This document shows positions 10,301 to 22,039 of a DNA stretch of 64,000 bases, one piece after another (the stretch's first letter is position 1; each line of letters opens with the position of its first letter). Under the pieces are notes generated by a model. The model saw only the letters and a list, made by a program, of their open reading frames with translations, was not told where the DNA came from and searched no databases. The DNA comes from Lepidodermella squamata. Taxonomy: Eukaryota > Animalia > Gastrotricha. Position numbers and translations under genes: made by a program. The stretch covers positions 248,001-312,000 of the forward strand of contig JBLDXI010000023.1 of assembly GCA_047495785.1 (NCBI GenBank), written 5' to 3'.

Positions 10301-13300
10301 TCGCACTAGCTGCAGATCTTGATTACAGTAAAATCCGCCCCTTGGCGCACCTGTTACACCCGTTAGTAGTGAATAAACTGCCAGGTCAGCGTGACGGCTG
10401 GAAATTCAAGAAAATAAAGGCCGCACTCGAATAATCGCCGCACCTGAATAATCGCCGCATTTTTCACCCCTTTCTGAAAAATCAGGAAAATTAATCGCCG
10501 CGGCCTCTATACTGTAGTTTACGGTATGTATTATGAAATTTGTACCTTTCATACACCTTATCTTTTCATATTACTCTAGGCGAAGCTTACATAATACCAT
10601 AATTATATAATAAGAAACCGCTTATTTAAGGTGGATTTTTTAATTTTGAAACTCGCGCCGAAGGCGCCGAAAACCTTGCCCCGCCGTGAAACGCGAGCGC
10701 AGCGAGCATCACGGGGCAAGGTTTTCGTCCGAGCGAAGCGAGGCGACGCTGATTTCATCGAGCGAAGCGAGAAAAAGCACTTAAAACTCTTCGAACGAAC
10801 CGAGATCACTTTTCTTGTTTCAGCATGAAATTCGTTCAAAAATGCCGTTTTCAACGTACATTTTTAAGGTTGATTTTTTAAAGTCGCATTTCACCCACGA
10901 AAATGACCTATTATGTCACATTTTTCCACTTAAATTGCAGTTTTATCGGGAATGATGAATGCTTCGCCTTGAGTAATATGTCTAATAAGGCCCACGGTAC
11001 GGCTAGTTCCTCGGAAAAATCGCATAATAAGACTCGGCTTCGCCTCGCCTTATTATGTGAGTTTTTCCTCGAAACTAGCCTTCCCTAGGGCCTTATTTAT
11101 ACTTAATTTTTTCGATGATATGTCGCAGGAAATAGATGCAGTCTCTGGTGCCCTTTAGGGGCTGAAAACCGAATTGTAATTTAGATATTTTTGAACCAAT
11201 CAATGATCTTAATTTTCGTTCAAGGATACATTCTTGAACATTCTTCAGGGACCCTCTTATCAGTCCAAGCTCGGTTCAAAATTTCCTTGAGCCATTCAAT
11301 ATTTGCTTAAGGCCTTAATCATTTCGGGTCTAATTTCATCTATCCCCGGGGCTTTACCGTTTTCCATGTGGTCGATGGCGAGAGTAATTTCAGTGAGAGT
11401 GATTTCAGTTAAATTTGGATTTTCATCTAAGAAAATATCGCTGTCGGGGTTTCTGGGTTCGTTTTCAAGCCCTTGTAAAAGATCCATAAAATAAGATGTC
11501 ATTACTTCCAAAATTTCGTCTATTCCGCTGGTAAGTGAACCGTCTTCCTTTTCCAGAGGTTGAGGTTCGCTTTTCTCTCTGCTCTCTCCTCTCAGCTTTT
11601 TAATTTCCAGCCAGAATTTTTTGATATTATCATAATCAGTAGGGTTTTCAAGTAATTTGTCCAATACCGAGAATTAAGTTTGATCCTTAATAATTTTCAG
11701 ACGTTCAAGGGCATGATTTTTCTCATTCCTAGCAATTGTGAAATTTTCTCGGTCTATTCGGCCCTTGGTGTAATTTCTAAAATTTGCTTTCCCTTTTTGA
11801 ATGATTTGATTGGCCAAAGGTGTCCACCAGGGCGGTTTTTCACTAACTGTGCCCTTTTTCCGTTCACCGCAGGAGGTTCTGGCAGCATCTAGAAGGTTAG
11901 ATTTAGTATTAACCCATGTCTCTTCAATTGAAACAGGGTTTTCGACATTTTTTACAATTTTCTTTGTTAAATTCTCATTAAATTTGGTGCTGTATTCCTC
12001 GTTTCTAAGCAAATGATGTTTAATTGATTTTGTGATTTCAACCTTTTCTCGTACAAAATTAGGGCAATTAATAACACCTCTAACAAGCCTATGATCTGAT
12101 TCAAGGATTGGCGTTTCCTGAATATCACAATTCAGAAATTTGTCCCTTCCTTTTTTATCCACCAAAATGTAGTCAAGAAATGACCTACGTTGCGTTTTTC
12201 CACTGCCCCTTTGCCAGGTATAGCTTAGGTTGGGGAAAAACGTGTTGACAAAGCACAAATTATTGCTATTTGCAAATTCGACCCATAAATTTCCTTTGTC
12301 GTTACCTATGCTATCACCATAAGGGCCTACTGTTTTAGATTTATTTTCACTTACGACGCGCCCGTTCAAGTCGCCCATTATATTGGTGGTGCCTTTTTCG
12401 AATTGACACGAGAAAATTCCTGTTGTAAGACTTGGATAAAGGCATCTAGAGATTTAGTACAGTTATTGGCTGGTGCATAGACAGAAATGATGTTAAACAT
12501 ATCGCGATTTACTGTAAGCCTAGCCGATATAATACGTTCATTGATATGTTTGACCTCAATAACGTGTATGTGCTTACAGCGACGCACATAGAGGCCTGTT
12601 CCTGATTGGGCCCTACCATCATTTACGCCGCTGTAGTACAGTGTGCCATGCCTCAGATTTATGTGGCCTTGGCCTTTTAAGCAGAGCTCTTGTACCGCCA
12701 CTGCGTCATACACACGAAATTCATAATTTGCTTCCTCTTGTTTTTTATTTAATGTGGTTATGTTTATCGTGAAAATTTAAAATGCGATCCCAGACTTATA
12801 TCATTATCTACAGGAGTTTGTACAGGAGAATTTTCTTCATCAATCGTTGTTTGGCGCAAGATTGTTTTACTCTTACTTTTTTGCCGCTTTTTTAGAATTT
12901 TCTTGCCCTTCTTTGCGTTGCATTCGCCCTCTTCGAAATATTCATCACAGCTAGTTGATAGCACAGATTGATCGTAGTAATTTAAGTCCATCAATAGTTC
13001 GAATCTATTTTCGCATGGGGGTGGGTTTCGGTCCTACCAGTAGTTAGCCCTGCCGCCTTGCCCGCCGTAACCGTAATTTCGGCCGTAGTTGTAGTTGTTG
13101 TTGCGGTTGTTGAACTGGTTTCGGTTATTTGGTCGTTGCTGTTGTTGGTGGTAGAAGCCGTTTCCTTCCTGCTCACCAGTGTAGTTGAAGTTAGGACAAT
13201 GGTATTGGATATGCCCAAAGCCTCCACAGCTGAAACATTGAGGTCCAGCTCTTTCCGGTTCCGGCTTGAATTCCTCGTTCGGCTCGTGGATCGCTACAAG

Positions 13301-16300
13301 CTCCTTGGCACGCGAGCAGTACGTGGTGAGCGTTGTTCGCCCTTGTACTAAGTTTGCACCTCTGATCTCGATGAGCTCAATGATGACAGCTCCATTGGCC
13401 TTGCGCTCCTGAGGTCTCCACCTCGCTAGGTTTTTCGGCAGTAGCTTCTTTCCTGCTTCTTCCCAGTCTTCTTCAGGCAAACCTGTGATCTCCAGTCGGT
13501 CTTGATTGACTAGCTTCTCGATGAGGTGCTGCTTCATCTCAGTCTCCGCACCAGCTTGTTTCGTTGCCAAGCCGACGAGCACTTCCGTTTGAATCATTGC
13601 TACAGAGCGACGGATTTTCTCCTTTAGCGCGACGTCAGTGATTTCGTCGATCAGCAGATGGAGTGCTGCGAATTCTTCCGCCGTTGCCAATTTTATCGCC
13701 ATTTCCAGTCAATTATTTATTTAAGAAATCTCAGAAAAGTTATAATTCAATCGCAGAAATTTTCAAATACAAAATTTTTAAAAATTTCTCTTAGAATTCG
13801 AAAATCGATACGCAGATATTTTTAATTTAACAAAAAATAATTATCTGAAAAATTACAACAATTAAGTGTGAAAATGTTTAAAATTAGCGTTCCTAGAAAC
13901 CTAGCGGCGCGTTTTCGTAATGTTCGAATGCGAATTTTGACTGAAATAAAATGGCGCGTCTCGTGCTGTCTTGAAGTTGTGTACTTATTACAAAAGCTTA
14001 GTGTGCGCGCGGCGAGGAACAATGCGTAATCAGCGTAATAAGCGCGCTTGCGCATTGGTTAAAAGACTGAGCCAATGAGAATGCGCGTAGAGCCGTAACA
14101 TAGGCGGGCCTGAAAATGTGCATTTTAAATCGCAGTCCTCACTACGACTAGACTAACTGATAAGGTCCGGATACGATCCAGAAGCCTCGATTTGGAAGAC
14201 GGCTACGATTTGGCAGGACACGGATTAAAAGGGGTCTTTTAAAAAGATTAAATTGTTTGTTTTTTCGAGCGCGCGCACTTATTTTTTTTGTTTAATCACT
14301 CACTCGCACACACAGCAACACGACCATTGTTAGGTACGCATTGGGCGGCGTGCTTGTTGTCCCTTTTCGGTCTTGTGGTCATTATAAATTGGAAGTTGAT
14401 ATGCCTTATTTTCGCATTAACAAAGTCACAGTTCATGCCATCAGCAGTGCCATTACAAGCACCACAGTCCCTGACAAGCGCCCGGTCATGCCGCCACTAC
14501 GGTCGGTGTCCGGCACCAGGGTGGTCACAAATTCAAACAAATAATAATCGCTAATTTGCGTCATAAAAAGTAAACAATTATAGAGGCAAAATAATAATGA
14601 AAAAATGTTTTTTTTATTTTTTTCTGCCGGATCGTAGCCTTCTATTTTTTATTTACAGAAATAAAATCTGCCAAAGAGTACCGTAACGCTGGGTAATTTT
14701 GGACAGGCTAAATTTGGACACTACACCTTATCAGCTAAATTGTGCTCGATCAGGAAGGTGAATAAAAATATCGGTAAAAATCCTCAGATTCCTTGAGAGT
14801 TGGGCTTTCCAACGGTACCAAATACGAGGTATAATGGAAGTTACCTGTCTTCAACAAAAATTGAAAAGGTAGGATGTCTCTAAACGTCGATTTGGGACCC
14901 CCCTAATTCCCAGTCAATCTGAATATATCTCGACTTGAAATTTTTACCAGTGGCAACTGACACCATGAACTCTCGACGGGCAAAAAAATAATTTACCTTT
15001 GTCGACGGGAATGCGGTACAGGTGACCTCAAAGTTTAGGCCACACGTGGGGTAATTTTGGACATAATAAATGCGTTGAGAGAAAAATAGCGGGAAAAAAA
15101 TTTGAATCGAGTTTGGATGACGTCATCAGTTTCTTTGCACCATGTGCGCATTTTTTTAGGAATTTCAAGAAAAGTTTCAAGTTCTGCACGCATTCCGACA
15201 ATTATGAATATGCTAATGAAGTGTCCAAATTTACCCCATAAGTGTCCAAATTTAGCCTAACCACGCACCATTTTTATAAAATCAAGGTAAAATGAGAAAA
15301 TTACCAAATTTTGCCCAGAGATCGGATGTGCTCCCCCCCTCATGCCCTGAAAGTTTCACATTTGTATAATTTTTTCCTGATTTTCTAGAGCTGAAAACCA
15401 TGTTTTTGTCCAAAATAACCACCATTACGGTATGTCTGCCATTTCACTCTTCCAAATCGAGGCTTCTGGATCGTATCCGGACCACTGATAATGTAGGCTA
15501 TTTATCGCTACATAAGTCATTTTGATCTATATGCCTTAGCTATTCCGATATATTTCGTGTCGGGTGATTTACTGATATACATGCAGTCTTCAAACTTGAA
15601 AAAAATTTAGTGCTGCTTAGTTCTCCCACAATATCTTGCGTTATTGTCGCTTTATGAAATGTCGCCAGCTAATTTGTCGCGAAGAAAAGGGTGAGGACAA
15701 ATCTGTCGCCCAAAATTAAATAAGTGCGCCCCAGTTTTGCGCCCTTAAATAAACAAGTGCGCGCTGGTTTTGCGTAATCCGCGCCCACGTACACGCAACG
15801 CCGCGCTACAACCGCACGCATTTTATAATACGCCGCCTTAAATGAATTTGGAGGTGCGGTATATTTCTGATCAAACCGTTATTTCTGTATCAAAGTTTTA
15901 TAGGGTTGTATTCGGGGTGGGGTATATTTTCGAGAAATACGGTAGGCTATAGGCCATATTTTTCATTTTCAATCGCCCGACTGTTTCAATCTAAATTTAA
16001 AATGCACGCAATATCTGCCGCGTGAAACATTTCTTTAAAGGAAGAAATGAACGACAGATTTAGAGTCGACTTTGGCAGCCTCCTGCGATTCTTCGTCCCC
16101 AATAATGCAATCATTATGGTATGGGGCCCATACAATAATCCATAATGATTGCCTATAGACTTGTTCATCCTCTAATGTCGCGGGCGATTTTCGGCTAATT
16201 TTTCGTCTGACTCATCGAATCTTGCATCGAATCGGGTTCGAAAATCAACGCGGCATAAACTCAATACATAACAGTTTCTAATTTTACTAATTTTCTTATT

Positions 16301-19300
16301 CTACAGGTCCTATAGCTATCGATTTGTTCGACAAGTCATTGAAAATATTGGAAAGTGTTTCTTGCTTGAAACCCCAATACGTCGACCTCATCGCAGTGGG
16401 CGATCCGGGAATTGCTCTTTTTCAAAGGTAAGTCGAATTCGTCAAACGTCTAATATGGGTGAATAGTAAGTTGTTGGTACTCGCAAATTTGTAACGGGAA
16501 ATTTCGAAACAAGCTAGGTACCTCTTCGTAACATATTGCGTGATCTTTTCGTAAATTTCAATTTAAAATTATTATTTTCGAACCAATTTCGTGATCTCTT
16601 AGTAAAATATAAGCGAAAGAGTGATCAGTTGGCTCACGTTGCGCTGCCTCTTGTCATCGCTACTCAATGCCCAATTTTCGGCGCAAAATACCGCAATCGG
16701 CTCTACTGTGCCTTGCAAGCATTTCTTTTAAACTTTATTGGTATTGCCTTGTTTCCGAAAATATATTTTTGAGAGCCCCGAATTCTTTTCAGCTCTTTTC
16801 TAGAAAACTATCTCCAGCGATGTGCGGAGCTTGGATGACAGTTGACAGTTGGCAGTTGGGTTTGTACAACAACTTTAACACTTGAACTGCCAACAAGGAC
16901 TGTGAGATCCGATATTTTGATCGAAATCCTGGGTCTGTCAAAATTCAATTTTTTTGGGGTCAACGATGCGCCATATGGCAAAGTTCCTGACTGAAAAATG
17001 CAGACCATGGCCCGGCGGCTCTTTTGACACCAAATTTGGGGCCAAACGTCGCATACCTACCTACCCTAGTGACTACCCATAATTATCCAATTGCGAATTT
17101 CAGCAGCAAAGAGATGGTTGACTTTTTCTTCGAAATCTCTCCGCGTCCGGGTTCCGGGGATATTGAGCGCATCTAAAAACCTAAAGATATTAATTAGCTG
17201 ATAATTATCAGGATACATAGCCGAAAATGATTTTATCTACTGCTTAAACCTATTTTTTCCTAGTGCTTCCGTTGTATGGGATGGATTGGTCGGCATTTCG
17301 AACATCTTTAGGACACCCCTGCAGTTTGGGACATATGGCTTATTTGTAAAGGAGGACGTCCGCGTGACCGTATGTCTATTCACTATATTCTATTTTACCA
17401 TATACTAATTACCTATTTGAATACCGGTTAGTATGTTCTATTTTGTTCTACTTCTCAGGTGTGGAAAGTCTTGGAAATTATGACTTATCTTCTGGGGTTG
17501 AATTACGAAATCTATCGTCCAGATCGTGCTCTTTTTGTCAATTTGTACGGCACTACAACATTATAGTGCGTTTTCATTTAACGATAATGACCTGTGCCCA
17601 TTCGCACTGTTTTTAAATGAAGCGACGTATTGTCCAGTTATCCACCTCCTGAATACAAGACAGACCTATATGACTTCGATGCACTTACCTCCATGGCTCC
17701 GATCAGTCAAGACGGCGCGAAACTCTACGAGCCAATCGACTTGCGCTACTCAATGTCTCTCGGCCAACAGATGTATCTATCGCACACCGACATTTTCAAG
17801 TTGAACAAGCTCTTTAATTGCTTTGGTAAGCAGAAAATTGTTAAGCGGAACCAAGTTAAAAAGCTTGGCACCAGATGAAAATTATTAAAAAAATTCATTA
17901 TTATTGTTCGAACTGAGAACATTTTTTGAAAATTGTTTGAAATTATATTGTCTTTTAAGCCGCATATCCAACTTGTAATCAAACGGTTTGTGGCAATGGA
18001 GGTTACCCTGATCCAACCAAACAGTGCACTGAATGCCGGTGTCCTCGTGGCTTTGGCGGCCCAGCATGCGAAACTTACGCGCCAGCAAAACCTACGCCCA
18101 ATCGGTGTGGAGGCCCTGTCTATGTGACACCTTGCCAAAGGGCCACAATCACATCGCCAGGCTTCCCTGGTCAGTACGCAGCCGGCGATACTTGCTCGTG
18201 GCATGTTTCAACGGTGAGCTGTCAATAATACTCCCATGGAAAAATATAGCCATTCAGAAATTGAATTTCTCCTTTGATTATGAGGCTTAAAAAAATGCAG
18301 AAATATAGGCTTATTCTACAGCTAGCCATAGAGAAATAAAATATCCTCCTGATCTGAAACCCTGAGCGAGTTTGGCTGCGCCAAGTGAGGGAGAATCTTA
18401 GGGACATTCATGGGAGTAATTTATAATCTAAATTTCCAAAGCTGGAAGCACCTAACACAAAAAATTATGGTCTCGAAAAATTGCCTGAAATCAGCTGGGC
18501 GGAAAGGACGATTCCGGCCAGTTTTTGTACAGCCTTAACGGTGATAGATGAAGACAGACAGCTTTCAAAATCGTGATCAGGGCTTCGAACTGCCGTCAAA
18601 TATGTCTTCTCCCGCAGATAAATAATTCCGCCGCGAAAGGGTTAAGCTGATGCGTTTCTCCGAGTTTTCAGCAGATACAGAGGAGAAAAGCAATCTTGGA
18701 TTCAAAGTGTTTCTGCATTCTGAGCCATCCAAGATATTCCCTTATTCAGGTCATAAATGCGTCGCAACTTTTTAATTTACATGCAGGCAAATGATAGTGG
18801 CTTGATTTTCGGATTCGAGGCCAAGCCTGGCATGCAATGTTACGACGACAATCCAGCTGCTCCCGGAAATTTGATCTGCGGAGACGGCGTTTGGATTCGA
18901 GACTTCGGCCTGGAAGGCTATCCAGGATTCAAGTGAGTCCTTTTTGCTATTGTTCTTACTTTCAATTTTATGTTACTGCAAATTATGAATTATATGTTTT
19001 GAAGTGAAGTTATCATAATTCTCCAATGTTCCATTCAGGTTCTGTTCTTGTGGCATTAGCAGCGGTCGAGTGTTTGTAACGGACAAAAACCGAGCAATGG
19101 TGCACTTTGAATCACTGAAGAACGTATCCGGCAACGGATTCAAGCTAATTGCATTCGCAACTTGCCCTGGGGTTAAAGCGAGCACCTTCGACAAGGAGAG
19201 TACATTCACGTCTACTCACTATGACTACGAAGGAACGGCGATAACAACGACCGCAGATAACTCAACGTGTGCTCCTTGGACGGATCAACAGACGTATACG

Positions 19301-20161
19301 GGCTTCAGCTTCCCGTATGGGCGCCTCAATGAATCGAAGAATGCCTGCCGCAACCCGAACTCGGGCGCTGGTCTCAGTTGCTACGCTAACGGTAATTTCA
19401 ACACCCTGCTACCGTGTCGAAGCCCAAAAAAAGCCTTCAATGGTTAGCAATGCTTTATTTCCTTGGAATACAAGTGAATGATTTTGCATGTTCAGACCCA
19501 CCCCCACCCCAACCAGATCGTTTCGCTCGTTGCATTGCCAATTCTACAAAAGAATTCATGGACTGCCGTAGGAATTGTCTGGCTGGCGAATATGCGCTTA
19601 TTGGTTTTAACAACCTTGACAGAACTTTGTGCAACAGTGGGGTGAGTGCCAAAATGAAATTTTTGAAATTTTATTTTCCGAATGTATCATTTTAGAATGC
19701 ACTCAAGTGTGCACTGAAGGCTAACCCGAGTGTCTTTCGATGCATTTCTGGTGATATGAGAAAGCAATGTACCGACAGCGAAGCAGTCGTGAGTCATCCG
19801 CTAATTCTCCTCTTCTAATATGAAAATGTGTTTGTCAAAGGTTGAAACTTTCAACGGTTATAAGTACTTCAGCAGAAATTGGATCTCGTGCCAGCACAAT
19901 CCAGGTTATGTGAGTTATTTCATTAACATTTTGAATCTCATGCATCTCGTTGGCTTTGCAATACGTTAGGCCTACGTCAGATGCTCGCGTAACGGCCAGT
20001 TCGTTGATTGTCGTCGTAACGCTCCCGGTTACGGATGCCGAGCTGGAGAGGTTTGTTCGTGTGCTACATTTCAATTGACATCAGTTGTGGTATATTGTGT
20101 CTCACAGGCTGCGTCTTCAACATCATACGATGCGCCGAGCAAATGCTACAAGGGGCTATAA
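4328..20161 (+). CDS. Secreted astacin-like (zinc site degenerate)-EGF-CUB-kringle-Cys-rich protein, 13 exons
   Basis: Phase-consistent GT-AG exons: 4328-4523 (signal peptide), 16307-16427, 17264-17369, 17459-17565, 17638-17825, 17960-18213, 18787-18932, 19039-19442, 19496-19641, 19696-19788, 19841-19909, 19970-20050, 20108-20161. Astacin-like motifs LESVSCLK, LGLNYEIYRPDR, YDFD, GQQMYLSHTDIFKLNKLFNC. EGF motif CGNGGYPDPTKQCTECRCPRGFGGPAC. CUB motifs CGG...ITSPGFPGQY...CSW...GFK. Kringle motifs YEGT..TT...CAPW...NACRNP...CY. The link to exon 1 and the last exons are less certain. Confidence 0.8.
5391..6518 (+). CDS. LINE ORF1: coiled coil, RRM-like region, two CCHC zinc knuckles
   Basis: CHDCGDTQHLRRHC and CYNCEEFGHYANEC knuckles, heptad-rich N-terminus, and an RRM-like VAKFKFVTREQAAAAL segment. 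The start Met is uncertain (5373-5394 region). Confidence 0.88.
   Translation: METEDAIHIMIQLVKNTDTAILEELGTDEASLLDGIEAVRSKHRRVLAELSSLKDDLLESRANCLKLHDELKEAVKTAQWVPPEKRFQEVEAELHLVQKENARVSLAVFGKDRQSVYDTKRKLEASGFGVADVVFLPQGNVAKFKFVTREQAAAALKTMKDNKVKCDWWESKHEREFRIICDSFIDSHPEKSQLKRRGAEILKNGKPFKRYESSIKQIIDTEAKVESEDEEDDPPSMIRGGRGNDTRASIKPPPVPDVSVTGTTDKDNEVKKGQRPRVKECHDCGDTQHLRRHCPTRLATIQCYNCEEFGHYANECKSEVQRRFDHQARGHQSRGHQSRGYVPQGFESRDGGAHGQAQLVALVCELLQGATRRQR
6518..9800 (+). CDS. LINE ORF2 apurinic endonuclease-reverse transcriptase, with three apparent frameshifts at homopolymers (about 6522, 7785, 8708)
   Basis: APE motifs LLLQE, YAP, GGDLNG, IDY, DHH. RT motifs KSPGQD, PIPKKGD..NYRGISL, QHGF, DLEKAYD, GLRQGCPLSP, LAFADD, FTYLGS. 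C-terminal QLRWYGHVARM..RPRGRPKLRW is typical of RTE-type elements. Confidence 0.92.
10087..10524. mobile_element. Tc2/pogo-like MITE with TA TSD
   Basis: TA|CCGTAAACTACAGTATAAAGGCCGC ... GCGGCCTCTATACTGTAGTTTACGG|TA, with repeated internal AATAAAGGCCGCA/AATAATCGCCGCA motifs. Confidence 0.88.
10600..11100. mobile_element. Non-autonomous DNA element with terminal hairpin, possibly Crypton-like; abuts the broken end of LINE 2
   Basis: Repeated CGAGCGAAGCGAG motifs and an imperfect hairpin of about 115 bp at 10984-11097 (ATAAGGCCC...GGGCCTTAT, loop CTCGGCTTCGCCTCG). The superfamily assignment is tentative. Confidence 0.5.
11100..13820 (-). mobile_element. Second LINE (related but diverged family), 5' end intact, truncated within RT, degenerate
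   Basis: ORF1 13034-13702 has CFSCGGFGHIQYHC. APE fragments AVQE, YAP, MGDLNG, LDY, SDH. RT start GKAPGIDEI and QFGFQPLKGTRDCIY near 11110-11180. Several frameshifts and stops. Confidence 0.88.
14164..15483. mobile_element. MITE with 36-bp TIRs and 8-bp TSD (Merlin- or hAT-like)
   Basis: ACTGATAA|GGTCCGGATACGATCCAGAAGCCTCGATTTGGAAGA ... TCTTCCAAATCGAGGCTTCTGGATCGTATCCGGACC|ACTGATAA. GG termini with an 8-bp TSD fit Merlin. Confidence 0.88.
14681..15430. mobile_element. Tc2/pogo-like MITE nested in the 8-bp-TSD element
   Basis: TA|CCGTAACGCTGGGTAATTTTGGACA ... TGTCCAAAATAACCACCATTACGG|TA. Confidence 0.8.
15689..15843 (+). repeat. Solo left end of the TIR family found at 44077-45622
   Basis: CAAATCTGTCGCCCAAAATTAAATAAGTGCGCCCCAGTTTTGCGCCCTTAAATAAACAAGTGCGCGCTGG is shared nearly exactly with 44077-44230. 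Confidence 0.85.
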
Positions 20162-20915
20162 GCTCTCGCAATTGGAGACTGACAATCGTAACTCGTAACT
20201 TATTGATTCGTCGTTAGTAGCTATTGATTTGGATGATTATCAGCGCGGTTATTGCTATTATTACTATGCAGATAGAAACGTGATAATTTTCTTGACTTGA
20301 ATTCATGACTCAAGAACTCCTGAGAGTAAATATTTATTGGAAAGTGAATACTGTATCCATCGATGCTAAGACTGTATAATTAAACAGCTGAACTGACCCA
20401 ATTTCTTACGACTGCTGTCGTTTATCACTGTATATCTCACTGATGGATGCAAATAGATGTCGGGCACATCATTTCGTGGTTATTATCACTGGACCCGAAC
20501 AGCGTCGTTAACTTGCGTAGATTTGCGTGACATGATATATTTAATGGCCCGATGTCAAGTGAACAGTTCTATCTTCCATCGCTAGTTTATTTTTTGCTAT
20601 TTATTTTCCGATATTTTTAGGTTGGAAATATTTTCTTTGCTCATGATATCTCTCTGAATAAAACAACGCATACAAAGTCCAAGTTACGCGAAAATAAAGT
20701 AAAAATTTCGACATATGACATATTTGATATCGTTGGATAGAGAAAATCTTCAACATGGATAAAATAGTATATTTCAAAGATTTTTCGTAAATTTTCCGGA
20801 TGAGCCAACCGCTGCAGAAGAATGACAAATTTGCCGAAAATCAGCAAAACAGCTGTTTTTAACCAATTCTAGAAAAATAAGCAACATTTATGCTCAATAA
20901 ATGAATAAATAAAAT

Positions 20916-22039
20916 ACACCTTTTCCCATTAGAAATTGCCACGGCACCAAATTAATTTGCCGACCTATTTTTAGCTCGCACTTGTTCACGTGAATAATTG
21001 CTCGCATTTTTTTCTTCTTCATCGTCGTCGTATTCCACTTCTATGGCAATGATGGTAGTGAATGTATTTTATGGCTTTTGGCAGTGATCAGAGCCAAAAT
21101 ATACGGCACGCGCTATATTTTTTATACAGGGATATCATTCACAACGACTTTGAGCTGCAACGCATTTGCAATAACTTATAATATGAGTTATCTATTTTAA
21201 GATGCTTTCATAGAAAAGGCAGTAATTAAATATTGACCACTAATTGTCACCTGATATCGGAATTTCGCGAAAAGACATTTTTCTGACTTTAATATGCTAA
21301 ATAGCGGTGTTTCTTAAGGAATAAATACCGGCTGATTCAAAAAGAGAACCTTGAATTCGAAATGTATTTTCATAGGTAAGTGAAATATTCTATAATAATA
21401 AGTGCGAGGAAAAAAGAATGACATTAAAAATTACCGCATGGCACAATTACTAACAAAAAAATTATTAGTCTTCCAATTCTTCCTTGGAATTCCATCGCTT
21501 ATGAAGAAAACTAACTAATCTTCAGACTTTTATAACTATTTAGAAATTAATTATTTCAAGGCGTATTTTCGACACTCCCAAATCTTAGAGCTGCGGTAAT
21601 ATTATACATGGAGTCGATTGCCCATCGATAGTGTTTTCAGGCATGAATTATTTTTGTAACAGTTTCAGAAAAGGCGTTTCCACAGCATTTATAAAAATTC
21701 GGGACGATCAAATAAAGTTCAAATTCAAAATTCAAATATTCATGAGTGCCTATAAAAATCTGTCTTTAGAGATTACGGTCCAAATATTAAACAAATTTAA
21801 CGCAATATCAAATTAGGCAACATCAGCGTATTGAAAATATGGCGCGTGCCGTATATTTTGGCTCTGATCACTGCCAAAAGCCATAAAATACATTCACTAC
21901 CATCATTGCCATAGAAGTGGAATACGACGACGATGAAGAAGAAAAAAATGCGAGCAATCATTCACGTGAACAAGTGCGAGCTAAAAATAGGTCGGCAAAT
22001 TAATTTGGTGCCGTGGCAATTTCTAATGGGAAAAGGTGT
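20916..22039. mobile_element. Non-autonomous DNA transposon with near-perfect TIRs of about 205 bp
   Basis: 20916-21120 is the reverse complement of about 21835-22039. Flanks read as a 4-bp AAAT duplication (Sola-like), or as TA if the ends are shifted by one base. Confidence 0.88.
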
